Source: Chloroflexota bacterium (GTDB lineage: Bacteria > Chloroflexota > Dehalococcoidia > Dehalococcoidales > JBDRCY01). From it: a stretch of DNA of 55,213 nt. The stretch lies in contig JBDRCY010000025.1 in the NCBI GenBank assembly GCA_043821265.1, positions 1 to 55,213 of the forward strand, written 5' to 3'. Below the pieces are notes generated by a model that saw only the letters and a program-made list of their open reading frames with translations, ran no database searches and was not told the origin of the DNA. Positions 1 through 8,799 of this stretch are shown in pieces. Position 1 is the first letter of the stretch, and the number at the start of each line of letters is the position of its first letter. Both the position numbers and the translations under genes were made by a program.

Positions 1-97
1 ACGAGGTAATTATGACCTGAAAAAGTGACTGAGAAGTGAAAAGGGCGGGATTTTAAAAAATCTGGGATCGCCGCAATAAGAAACTACTGTTTGAGTA

Positions 98-116
98 GGC
101 TTTTTTCGACACTCTC
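98..116. mobile_element. possible terminal inverted repeat of an IS (IS1182-like) whose body lies before the window
   Basis: GGCTTTTTTCGACACTCTC resembles IS1182-family ends from recall only. Similarity with the repeat copy at 1906 starts exactly where this motif ends. Confidence 0.3.
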
Positions 117-220
117 AAAAGCATAGTTTGCTATATAGTTGTGCATAAAATACGCGTATTGCGTATTTGGGAACTTATAAATGTGGTTATGTATAAGTAA
201 CGTGGAATTTTGTTACTTAT
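116..220. repeat. dispersed ~105 bp repeat, copy 1, with palindromic core
   Basis: 31 bp TAAAATACGCGTATTGCGTATTTGGGAACTT at 146-176 is identical to 1934-1964, and the flanks are similar. Confidence 0.9.
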
Positions 221-313
221 AGAGGATATCCTGACCCGTGCTTAGTCAGGTATGATAACTGGGCTATTTTTTAGGGGCAGGTAAGACCTATCTACGACCT
301 TTCATATGGGATA

Positions 314-342
314 TTGACACTTGTATATCTCTATACTACGAT
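314..342 (+). promoter_or_regulatory. sigma70-type promoter
   Basis: TTGACA-17 bp-TACGAT upstream of the ORF at 385, which has an AGGAG RBS. Confidence 0.6.
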
Positions 343-384
343 AGCCACATAATTAGTGACCTGGTCTTTTATAGGAGCTTAACC

Positions 385-1296
385 ATGAAGATATACATTT
401 TTATTGCAGTAATACTTGGCCTGATAATAGGCTTTGGGGGTGGCTATGCTACAGGTTATTACACATATGTGCCCCAAATTGAAAGTCATAGAATAGCTGT
501 TAACGAATATGTACAATACAGTTCCAAATTAGAGGAAACCATTTCCAGCCAGGACAAAAAAATATCAGAACTTGAATATGACAAGTCATTATTGCAGGCT
601 GGCCTAGGACAAATGGAGAGTAAGTATGAAGAATTAAATAAAGATATTAGTGATGCAAATGATATGCTACAAGATTTGCAGTCACGAATTAATAAAATAA
701 CTGCTATTACAATACCCCAGAACTACCAATGGGATTATAACTCTACATCTTGGACTTGGGAATTGCCGATACCTCTACTAGCATATGTAGAAAGCTTGGA
801 AAGGCCAAGACCTTCATTCGCCGATTATGTTGATATGGCGAAAGACCCCAATGATGATTCTTACATTGACCAAATGGTGGCTAATATAAACCAAGCAGCG
901 TTAATGAAAGGATATACAGATACAAAGAAGCTCAACTTCTTAGTAGCCTTCGTCCAGAGTTTGCCATATACAGTTGATATAGAGACCAAACCTTACGATG
1001 AATATCCAAGATATCCTATAGAAACACTATTTGATAGGGGAGGGGATTGCGAAGATACTTCCATTCTAGCTGCAGCCCTTCTTGACAGAATGGGTTATGA
1101 TGTTGCTCTTCTCCATTTACAGGCCGCTAACCATATTGCAGTAGGCGTTTCACTAGATTATCCTGCTGGCATGCGTTATGAATACAATGGCAAAGAATAT
1201 TATTTCCTTGAAACAACTGGCGCAGGTTGGGAGATAGGTCAGATTCCACCAGATTTCGGCGATGCTATTGCCTTCGTATATCCATTGAGAAAGTGA
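385..1296 (+). CDS. membrane-anchored coiled-coil protein with C-terminal transglutaminase-like cysteine protease domain
   Basis: N-terminal TM segment, heptad-rich region, YPRYPIETLFDRGGDCED(Cys)...HIAVG(His)...YFLETT motifs. Confidence 0.8.
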   Translation: MKIYIFIAVILGLIIGFGGGYATGYYTYVPQIESHRIAVNEYVQYSSKLEETISSQDKKISELEYDKSLLQAGLGQMESKYEELNKDISDANDMLQDLQSRINKITAITIPQNYQWDYNSTSWTWELPIPLLAYVESLERPRPSFADYVDMAKDPNDDSYIDQMVANINQAALMKGYTDTKKLNFLVAFVQSLPYTVDIETKPYDEYPRYPIETLFDRGGDCEDTSILAAALLDRMGYDVALLHLQAANHIAVGVSLDYPAGMRYEYNGKEYYFLETTGAGWEIGQIPPDFGDAIAFVYPLRK

Positions 1297-1362
1297 GTCC
1301 TAGTTCGTGCCTAAATCAAACCTCTCTCAGAGCATCTGAAATATATTATGGTATAATTAAAG

Positions 1363-1821
1363 GTGATAGAAAGCATGATTGAGCGTTATAAACACACGCA
1401 GGTTGGTTATATGATCATCGCAGCGATGGCAGCTGTGATGGTGTTGATTGGGTTTGTTTTGACTAATGCTGGCATCAATTGGATTGCTATCGGGGTTTTG
1501 GTTGTCATTGCGGTAGCTTTGGTGTTATTTTCTAGACTGACAGTGGTTATCCGAGGAGATGAACTTGAAGCGCGATTCGGTCCTGGGCTAATCCGCAAAC
1601 AGTTTAAGTTGAACGAGATAGAATCGTGCCAAGTTGTTAAGAATCAGTGGTACTATGGCTGGGGCATTCGTTTGACACCTCACGGATGGCTATTCAACGT
1701 ATCCGGCTTTCACGCCGTTGAGATCAAACTTAGAACGGGTAAGAAGTTTCGAATTGGCACCGATGTCCCGCAAGAGCTTGAGGGAGCCATTCGGCAGGCC
1801 ATTAATGTCTCACCAAGGTGA
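1363..1821 (+). CDS. small membrane protein with two TM helices and a PH-like soluble domain
   Basis: Two hydrophobic helices, then WYYGWGIR...FNVSG...FRIGTD motif. Confidence 0.7.
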   Translation: MIESMIERYKHTQVGYMIIAAMAAVMVLIGFVLTNAGINWIAIGVLVVIAVALVLFSRLTVVIRGDELEARFGPGLIRKQFKLNEIESCQVVKNQWYYGWGIRLTPHGWLFNVSGFHAVEIKLRTGKKFRIGTDVPQELEGAIRQAINVSPR

Positions 1822-1905
1822 TGACTAGACTTTCCAGATAGAGTTCTCTCCATAATACCCTCCCAACCAACCATCCCAATTTGCAAATCTAAGCCAGCAT
1901 AAATA

Positions 1906-2015
1906 CAAAAGCATATTGCTATACACTTGTGCCTAAAATACGCGTATTGCGTATTTGGGAACTTCTAAATATGGATTTGTGTGTGGGTAAGTGGTAATGT
2001 GGAAATATGTTACAC
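1906..2015. repeat. dispersed repeat, copy 2
   Basis: Matches 116-220, with identical core at 1934-1964. Confidence 0.9.
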
Positions 2016-2055
2016 TATTGCATCCATCCTAATTTTGGGGTAAAGAGACACCATA

Positions 2056-2206
2056 TTGACTGAAGCGAAGATATTGATTGAACAGTGGAGAATGGACTAT
2101 AATCATATCCGACCGCATAGTTCATTAGGTTAGCGGTCACCTGCTTCTGAAGCTGTTATGGTAAAATACTAACTTAAAAGGTGGACCAATTAACCGGGGC
2201 AGGTCA
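2056..2206 (+). mobile_element. IS3-family transposase 3' remnant with right end
   Basis: Translates LTEAKILIEQWRMDYNHIRPHSSLG*RSPASEA (IS3 integrase-core C-terminus with internal stop) and ends in ...GGGGCAGGTCA, an IS3-type CA terminus. Confidence 0.85.
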
Positions 2207-2259
2207 GTATCCTTTATGTAGGCAGGTCACCATTACGAGAAAAGAATAAGGAGAGGAAA

Positions 2260-2748
2260 ATGAGAGAAATAATACTGGTTCCGTTGGATGGGTCAGAAGT
2301 CGCTGAATCAATCCTGCCATATATAAAAGATGTAATTTCCAAATTGGCAAGTGATGTTAAGGTAAAAATCATCTTACTCCAGGTATTGGAAGAACACTAC
2401 TATTCATATGGAGATGATGTTATGCCTTATCTTGCTGTTGTCCCATTTACCAAAGATAGGACAGAAGCAGATAGGGGTAAGGCTTTTAACTACCTCGGTG
2501 AGGTTGCACAAAAATTGGTAGAAAAGGGTGTCAGAGTTGCTATTAAAGTAGAATTCGGTGATGCTGCTCATCAAATAGCCAGAGTTGCCAAGAAATCACG
2601 TGTCAATATGATTGCTATGTCAACACATGGGCGTTCGGGATTAGCTAGATTGGTTCTTGGTAGCACGACGGATAAACTTCTTCATATAACTACTAAGATA
2701 CCAATAACAGTTGTAAGAGTACCAAAAGAGAGTCTCAGAAATAAATAA
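2260..2748 (+). CDS. universal stress protein (UspA family)
   Basis: ILVPLDGSEVAE N-terminus and IAMSTHGRSGLARLVLGSTTDKLL motif. Confidence 0.93.
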   Translation: MREIILVPLDGSEVAESILPYIKDVISKLASDVKVKIILLQVLEEHYYSYGDDVMPYLAVVPFTKDRTEADRGKAFNYLGEVAQKLVEKGVRVAIKVEFGDAAHQIARVAKKSRVNMIAMSTHGRSGLARLVLGSTTDKLLHITTKIPITVVRVPKESLRNK

Positions 2749-2947
2749 AGATACAAGACAGTTGCTAACATTACAACTGGATACTTAGAAATGAAGGCTA
2801 AATAATCAAGAGAACCTACACGCCAGAGCAAGTCATTTACTTAGGGGAAAATCGATATCACAAACTTTATCGCCAATAGTGTACTTCTACTAAAGGAGGT
2901 GGGGGCAGAAAAACGACTACTGGATGCCCTAGGAATGGCCCCAGCCA

Positions 2948-4123
2948 TCAAAATAGGGAGGGTATACTCTCACCCGAATCGTCTATTTCCCTGAGCTTGC
3001 TGGCCGTATCCGCTCGCTTCACCTTGGAGTCTTTCATAAAGCTAGCTGCCTTGGCATAATATGACCTTACCTTTTCCACATCCTTAAGCTCCGAAAGGAC
3101 CAGGGTGATATCTATGCCACCCCTCCCCCGAGGATAATCGCCATTCCTGATGATAGCCTCCGGAGCCAGGTTCTTCAGGTAGTTCCCCAGCTCCTTAATC
3201 AGGTCCATGTTTATTTCCCTGGGCGGGGCCGATAGCAGATAAACGGCCCTACCCGAATCCGAGGGGTTGCAGGTCAGCGAGAGTTCGCTGATAGCCTCAT
3301 CCATGACCTGGACTCCCTTGTGGATTTCGGTACTCTTCTTCCGGAAGTGCCCCCGGCGTTCGAAGGGAAGCCGGAGCATAGGTAGCGGCGACCTGCCATA
3401 ACCGATTACCGTCCAGCCGGCCAGGCTCTGTATAATATCACCGGCATCGAGCATCTTGGCCCCGATAAATTTTGGCTTCTTCTCCTCGCCGGCACAGAGC
3501 ATATTATAGAATGGCTCGACTATCATATCATTAATCTTGGTCAGGTTAGTTTTCAGTGAGAAGTCCTTCCTGATATACCTCTGGTTATCAACCAGGATCA
3601 TGGCATCGGCAACTGCATTAGTAGACTTTATGCAAGTAGCTGCGTTATAAATAGTCCTTTCCTCGGTCGACTCCTCATGTTCAAAGGGAAGGACAACCAG
3701 GCAGTAGATGGGTTTATCCCCGTATCGCTCTTTTATATGCTTGGTCATTATCGGTAATGTTCCCGAGCCGGTGCCACCAGCCGCACTGGCCACCAATAAG
3801 AAGGCATCAGACTCGAAGAAGCGCTTGGTAGTCCTGATAGCATCGATAACCTTATCGGCATCCTCCCTGGCCACCTCAGCCGCCAGTTCATTTATCTTGC
3901 CCACTCCATGGCCGCCGGTCTTGCGACCACCAATGAGGATTCTATGCTGATAATCGGGCCTTATAGCGGATAGTCCGCTCAAATCCGCAGCATCGGTATT
4001 TACCGCAAAAACACCGGTAAATATCTCTATGCCCCGCTGGGCACGCGCTCTCCTATTTAAACGAGCAAAGCCATCAGCAATACGCCCCCCGCATTGCCCG
4101 AAACCTACAACCACTAATTTCAC
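2948..4123 (-). CDS. cetZ: tubulin/FtsZ superfamily GTPase, CetZ-like
   Basis: MKLVVVGFGQCGGRI, AVNTD, GGHGVG, AGGTGSG, LDAGDII T7 loop, IRNGDYP and C-terminal PSLF match the archaeal CetZ pattern better than bacterial FtsZ. Confidence 0.8.
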   Translation of the reverse strand: MKLVVVGFGQCGGRIADGFARLNRRARAQRGIEIFTGVFAVNTDAADLSGLSAIRPDYQHRILIGGRKTGGHGVGKINELAAEVAREDADKVIDAIRTTKRFFESDAFLLVASAAGGTGSGTLPIMTKHIKERYGDKPIYCLVVLPFEHEESTEERTIYNAATCIKSTNAVADAMILVDNQRYIRKDFSLKTNLTKINDMIVEPFYNMLCAGEEKKPKFIGAKMLDAGDIIQSLAGWTVIGYGRSPLPMLRLPFERRGHFRKKSTEIHKGVQVMDEAISELSLTCNPSDSGRAVYLLSAPPREINMDLIKELGNYLKNLAPEAIIRNGDYPRGRGGIDITLVLSELKDVEKVRSYYAKAASFMKDSKVKRADTASKLREIDDSGESIPSLF

Positions 4124-4163
4124 ATGCCACCTCCAACGTAGAAATAGCCAAACAACCTGCCTT

Positions 4164-4192
4164 CTTTTAGCATACCCACCCTACAATGTCAA
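4164..4192 (-). promoter_or_regulatory. putative promoter of the CetZ-like gene
   Basis: Minus strand TTGACA-17 bp-(TGc)TAAAAG. Confidence 0.45.
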
Positions 4193-4350
4193 TCCCGGCC
4201 GCCGCCAGCAAGCTGTTTGGCACGGAAGGCTACCGGCAAACGGCCCAGCTGGCTAAGCTTCGACAGCCTTGCTTTTCTCCTCAGCAACGTAATATAATGA
4301 CCTAGTGTTATACACTGAGCCGAGAATCTGTCCCAAGATGGAGGTAAACT

Positions 4351-5271
4351 ATGAGTTGGCGTCGGGTAACTACCTATTTTCTTTGCTTTGTTCTACTCCT
4401 GAGCGTATTTGGTGGGCTGGTCACTAACCAACCGACACATGCTGCCCAAGAGGATAGTATTGGCCCGTGGGTGCTACTACCCAACCAGGAGGACCCTGTC
4501 GAGGATAAAATAGCGCTGGAGTGCCAATTCCCCATCCATCGGGGTGAGCCGGGCGACATCTTCGAATTCGAGGTCTACCTGAAATACCACGGCAGCGCCC
4601 CCAAGCTATTCGACCTGACCTACACCGAACCGCCACCGGGCTGGTCGGTATCGCTCCTGGCCGGTTTCCCGGAGGTGGAGGTGCCGGCCATCCGGCTGGA
4701 GTCGGACAAGGAATATCCCGACCGGCTCAAGGTGAAGTTCTTTTCCGGATACGGGGTGAAGCCGGCGGAGCCGGGCAACTACTCGATTAGCATTACCGCC
4801 TCTTCCGGCAGCCTCAAGGATACCATCGAGCTGACCGCTGAGGTGGTCAATATTCCTCGCTATGAGGTGGTCCTGACTACCGAGACCGAGCGGCTCAGCA
4901 CCGATTTACAGGCCGGTAAGGAAACCCATCTGGGCATCAGAGTGATAAACACCGGCAGCGGCACCCTGGAGAAACTTAGCCTCTCCGCTCTAGAACCGGA
5001 AGGCTGGAGGGTGACCTTCAGTCCGGATAAGGTGGACTCACTGGCACCCACATTCTCCCAGGAAATAGACATGGTTATCGAGCCGCCCAGCAAAACGATA
5101 GCCGGCGATTACGAGATCACCGTTGAGGCCGAGACGGTAAGGGTATATAAGAGAATGAACCTCAGGGTAACGGTGCTCACTTCCACCATCTGGGGATGGG
5201 TGGGTATCGTCATCGTGCTCATAGTCATCGCTGGCCTGGCAGTCATGTTCCGGCGGTTTGGCAGGCGGTAA
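4351..5271 (+). CDS. secreted, C-terminally anchored NEW3 (NPCBM-associated) Ig-like domain protein
   Basis: Signal peptide, two repeats with PxGW motifs, IAGDYEIT, C-terminal TM followed by RRFGRR. Confidence 0.8.
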   Translation: MSWRRVTTYFLCFVLLLSVFGGLVTNQPTHAAQEDSIGPWVLLPNQEDPVEDKIALECQFPIHRGEPGDIFEFEVYLKYHGSAPKLFDLTYTEPPPGWSVSLLAGFPEVEVPAIRLESDKEYPDRLKVKFFSGYGVKPAEPGNYSISITASSGSLKDTIELTAEVVNIPRYEVVLTTETERLSTDLQAGKETHLGIRVINTGSGTLEKLSLSALEPEGWRVTFSPDKVDSLAPTFSQEIDMVIEPPSKTIAGDYEITVEAETVRVYKRMNLRVTVLTSTIWGWVGIVIVLIVIAGLAVMFRRFGRR

Positions 5272-5276
5272 ACAAA

Positions 5277-6215
5277 TTGAGTAAACCATTAGTGGTAGAA
5301 ACCATAGACCTGACCAAGACCTACGACGGTACTACTGCGGTCGACAGGCTGAACCTCAGCATAGAGGAAGGCGAGGTTTTCGGCCTCCTCGGTCCCAACG
5401 GTGCCGGTAAGACCACCACTATACTGATGCTGCTGGGACTTACCGAACCGACCTCAGGAGAGGTGCGGGTATGCGGGTATAATTCCACCCGGGAAGCGCT
5501 CAAGGTAAAGCGCCTCGCCGGGTATGTCCCGGAAAAGGTAGGGTTCTACGATGACCTGACCGCCAGGGATAACATAACCTACACGGCGAGGTTGAACTCC
5601 TTACCCGAAGAACAGATTCCACCAAGGATAAATGAGGCGCTCAAGGTAGTGGGGCTGGCCAAGGACGCGGAACGCACCGTGAACGAATTTTCCAGTGGTA
5701 TGAGGCAGCGACTGGCCATTGCCGACCTGCTGGTCAAGGCCCCCAAGGTGGCCATTTTAGACGAACCCACCCTGGGGATAGACGTCGAGGGGATTGGCCA
5801 GATTCTCGACCTGATAGTGAAGATAGCCCGCGAGCGGCAGATGACCATCATCATGTCGTCACATCAGCTGTCACAGGTCCAGAGAATCTGCAACCGGGTG
5901 GGGATAATGGCCAAGGGCAAGATGGTAGCCGAGGGGTTAATCGATGAGCTGGGCAAGAAGGCCCTGGGCGGCGGGCAGTTTATCATAGAGGTTCAGCTAA
6001 GCGAAATCACCCAGAAGGTTACCGACAGTATCCAGCGCATTAAGGGCGTGGTGAGCGTGGAGAGGTCCGGTGAGCTGCTGCTCATCAGCTGCCAGGATGA
6101 CGTAAGGCCCGAGATAGCCAAAACAATCGTGGACAGTGGCGGCCTGCTGACATATATGAAGATTCAGAGCTATGCTCTGGAGGATATCTATATGAAATAT
6201 TCCAGGGAGGCCTAG
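5277..6215 (+). CDS. ABC transporter ATP-binding protein
   Basis: Walker A GPNGAGKT, signature FSSGMRQR, Walker B ILDEP, H-loop SSH. Start moved to the TTG after the upstream stop. Confidence 0.93.
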   Translation: MSKPLVVETIDLTKTYDGTTAVDRLNLSIEEGEVFGLLGPNGAGKTTTILMLLGLTEPTSGEVRVCGYNSTREALKVKRLAGYVPEKVGFYDDLTARDNITYTARLNSLPEEQIPPRINEALKVVGLAKDAERTVNEFSSGMRQRLAIADLLVKAPKVAILDEPTLGIDVEGIGQILDLIVKIARERQMTIIMSSHQLSQVQRICNRVGIMAKGKMVAEGLIDELGKKALGGGQFIIEVQLSEITQKVTDSIQRIKGVVSVERSGELLLISCQDDVRPEIAKTIVDSGGLLTYMKIQSYALEDIYMKYSREA

Positions 6216-6218
6216 GCT

Positions 6219-7097
6219 ATGTCGGGAATGATAACCGTATTTCGCAAGGAAATGGCCGACCACCTCACCAGCTGGCGTTTCATCATTCTACTGACGATAG
6301 TATTCACCGTCGGCCTGGTGGCCATATACCTCGATGCTCAATTCATAGTTATGGCCATAGCGGACACCCGCTTTGTCTTCCTCAAGCTCTTCACCACATC
6401 GGGACAGTTTCTGCCCTTATTCACCTTTTTTATTACCTTTTTTATGCCCATCGTGGGCATTGTCCTCGGTTTTGACACCATAAACAGCGAGAAGAGCAAC
6501 GGCACCCTGAGCCGGCTCATCTCCCAGCCAATCTACCGGGACGCCGTTATCAACGGCAAGTTCCTGGCCGGTATAACCATCATGACTGTTATGCTGGTAA
6601 GCATGGTACTGCTGGTAGCCGGCGTAGGGCTCCGCATGATCGGCGTTCCGCCATCATCAGAGGAAATTATCCGGATAATATCTTTCCTGGCCGCCAGCAT
6701 CCTCTACGGTGCATTCTGGCTGGGCCTGTCCACACTCTTCTCCATATTATTCCGCCGGGTGACCACCTCCGCACTGGCCTCGATAGCCCTGTGGATGCTG
6801 TGCAGCTTCCTGTTTATCGTCCCCTTTATCGCTTCTTTTGGGCAGGCTGGGATCGTAGTTATGCAGATATCCCCCATAACTATCTTTCAAGAGATCATCA
6901 CCATCCTTCTGGAACCCAGTGCCCGGACACTGGGGCAAATCGTTCAGAGCGGAGGGGTACTACCGACCAGCGCCCTCTCCCTGGACCAGAGCCTGCTAAT
7001 CGTGTGGCCACACCTGGTGAGTCTGGTGGCGCTAACCGCCATATGTTTCGCCGTCTCCTACATCAAATTCATGCGTGAGGAGATACGCTCAACATAA
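6219..7097 (+). CDS. ABC-2 type transporter permease
   Basis: Six TM segments, EKSNGTL...PIYRDAVINGKF motif, directly follows the ATPase. Confidence 0.9.
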   Translation: MSGMITVFRKEMADHLTSWRFIILLTIVFTVGLVAIYLDAQFIVMAIADTRFVFLKLFTTSGQFLPLFTFFITFFMPIVGIVLGFDTINSEKSNGTLSRLISQPIYRDAVINGKFLAGITIMTVMLVSMVLLVAGVGLRMIGVPPSSEEIIRIISFLAASILYGAFWLGLSTLFSILFRRVTTSALASIALWMLCSFLFIVPFIASFGQAGIVVMQISPITIFQEIITILLEPSARTLGQIVQSGGVLPTSALSLDQSLLIVWPHLVSLVALTAICFAVSYIKFMREEIRST

Positions 7098-7139
7098 CAT
7101 CCCCTTCAAACCTAAAAACTGGAGAAGGGGGATTTAGCC

Positions 7140-7880
7140 TTGGCAACCTACTACATCGGCACGTCGGGCTGGCATTACGACCACTGGCGAGATACATTCT
7201 ATCCCCAGGGACTATCCAGAGCCGAGTGGCTGAAATTCTATGCCAGCCACTTTGCTACCGTCGAGCTTAACAATAGCTTCTACCGCCTGCCCTCGGAGGC
7301 AGCCTTCGCCAACTGGCATGACTCCTCGCCGGCCAGCTTCACCTTCGCCGTAAAGGTAAGCCGCTTTATCACCCATATCAAACGGCTCAAGGGGAGCGGG
7401 GAGGCGGTAGCCAAGTTTATCGCCAGGGCCGAGGGGCTGGGGGAGAAACTGGGCCCTCTCCTCTACCAGCTTCCCCCCAATATGAAGCGCGACGACGAGA
7501 GGCTGGAGTCCTTCCTGTCCATACTACCGCCGGCCAGAAAGCATGTGTTTGAATTTCGGCACCAGTCCTGGCTTGAGGATAGGGTCTTTGAAGTACTGGC
7601 CCGGTATAAGGTCGGCTTCGCCGCTTTCGATATGCCCGATACTATCTGCCCGCTGGTGGCCACGGCGGATTTCGCCTATATCCGGTTTCATGGTAGCACC
7701 AGCCTCTACTCCAGCGACTACTCCGATAAAGAGCTCTCTGAGTGGGCCAGGAGGCTGGCCAAGTTAGCCCGCCACCTGAAGGCAGTCTATATCTATTTCA
7801 ACAATGATAGCGGCGGGTATGCCCTGAAAAACGCCCGAACCCTCTCGAACTATCTGCAACCGGGCGCAGGCGAGGGGTAA
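7140..7880 (+). CDS. DUF72 (YecE/YunF) family protein
   Basis: IGTSGW, VELNNSFY, LYQLPP, FEFRH, YIRFHG and YFNND motifs. Confidence 0.92.
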   Translation: MATYYIGTSGWHYDHWRDTFYPQGLSRAEWLKFYASHFATVELNNSFYRLPSEAAFANWHDSSPASFTFAVKVSRFITHIKRLKGSGEAVAKFIARAEGLGEKLGPLLYQLPPNMKRDDERLESFLSILPPARKHVFEFRHQSWLEDRVFEVLARYKVGFAAFDMPDTICPLVATADFAYIRFHGSTSLYSSDYSDKELSEWARRLAKLARHLKAVYIYFNNDSGGYALKNARTLSNYLQPGAGEG

Positions 7881-7894
7881 AAACCGGCAACCGG

Positions 7895-8536
7895 TTACTG
7901 CGCCATCTTCTCCCAGGCCTTAACCACATCCTCGTAGCCGGTCACCACACCATGCCGGCCCATCCGCTTGATAGCCTCCTCGTGGGAGGTGGCCATGCCC
8001 TGACAGCAGTTCTCCACTATCACCGTGTAATAGCCCAGCGCAAAGGCGTGGTTATGCGTCCACTCCACACAACCCCCGCTACCCACCCCGGTGAGCAGAA
8101 CCGACCGGGCCCCCACCGACTTCAGCGCCAGGTCCAGGGGGGTGCCCACAAAAGCATCGTAGCGCCACTTCTCGATGATAAGGTCATCCGGCTCCGGTTT
8201 TACCAGGTAGAAATCCTGCTCCCACGGCTCGTTGACCAGCTTCTCGGTAGAATATTCGACGTTGGCCGTCTCCGCCCTAGCCTTCGGCAGGCGCACCGGA
8301 TTCTCCTTCCAGCTATTGACGGCACCCTTAATAAATATCTTCCGCACCTTGTACTTAGTGGCCGCGTCGAGGAATTTGACCAGCCTCGGCACCATCTCCT
8401 GGGCCGCTTTCACCGGCAGCCCCAGGCGGGCCCAGGCCCCCTTGGAATGCATACTGGAATTGACCACATCTATCACCAGAATAACCGCATGTCTGGGGTC
8501 TACCTTCTCCTGTAGAGTAACCAGGGGTTCGAACAT
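7895..8536 (-). CDS. cysteine hydrolase (isochorismatase family)
   Basis: LVIDV, IEKWRYDAF and GVGSGGCVE give the D-K-C triad. ATG at 8536 has an AGGAGG RBS. Confidence 0.88.
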   Translation of the reverse strand: MFEPLVTLQEKVDPRHAVILVIDVVNSSMHSKGAWARLGLPVKAAQEMVPRLVKFLDAATKYKVRKIFIKGAVNSWKENPVRLPKARAETANVEYSTEKLVNEPWEQDFYLVKPEPDDLIIEKWRYDAFVGTPLDLALKSVGARSVLLTGVGSGGCVEWTHNHAFALGYYTVIVENCCQGMATSHEEAIKRMGRHGVVTGYEDVVKAWEKMAQ

Positions 8537-8552
8537 CGCCCCACCCTCCTTT

Positions 8553-8657
8553 CTAGTTGCCATCACCGACGTCCAGCTTGATGATACGGGACGCATTCTT
8601 ATAGCCTATCTGGTCGGCCCCTTGCAGGCTGAAATCGCAGCGATACGGCGCCGCCAC
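8553..8657 (-). pseudogene. 34-codon mini-ORF, probable collapsed amidohydrolase remnant
   Basis: MAAPYRCDFSLQGADQIGYKNASRIIKLDVGDGN*. IGYKNASRIIKL resembles the amidohydrolase C-terminal IxxxNAxRxxxL motif. It lies between the promoter and the hydrolase gene. Confidence 0.4.
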
Positions 8658-8693
8658 CGGCTCCCTATCCCACTGTCTATGTTTACGTGCCTC

Positions 8694-8722
8694 ACTTTAA
8701 GTAGCCGGCCCGCTTTTGTCAA
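8694..8722 (-). promoter_or_regulatory. sigma70-type promoter
   Basis: Minus strand TTGACA-17 bp-TAAAGT. Confidence 0.55.
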
Positions 8723-8753
8723 GCCCACCCAGCCGATTCCCAGGGATAAACAA

Positions 8754-8778
8754 GAGCCCCCGGAAAATCCGGAGGCTC
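8754..8778 (-). terminator. intrinsic terminator after hypE
   Basis: Minus strand GAGCCTCCGG-ATTTT-CCGGGGGCTC (one G-U pair) followed by TTGTTT. Confidence 0.65.
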
Positions 8779-8799
8779 CAAATACGACACCTGCTTAAT

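Noticed and set aside
5196-5276. N-terminal extensions in the ORF track (ABC ATPase; also hypD to 11045, hypF to 13464, OYE from 34935)
   Set aside because: They overlap upstream genes or lack homology, and downstream starts match family N-termini and RBS positions.
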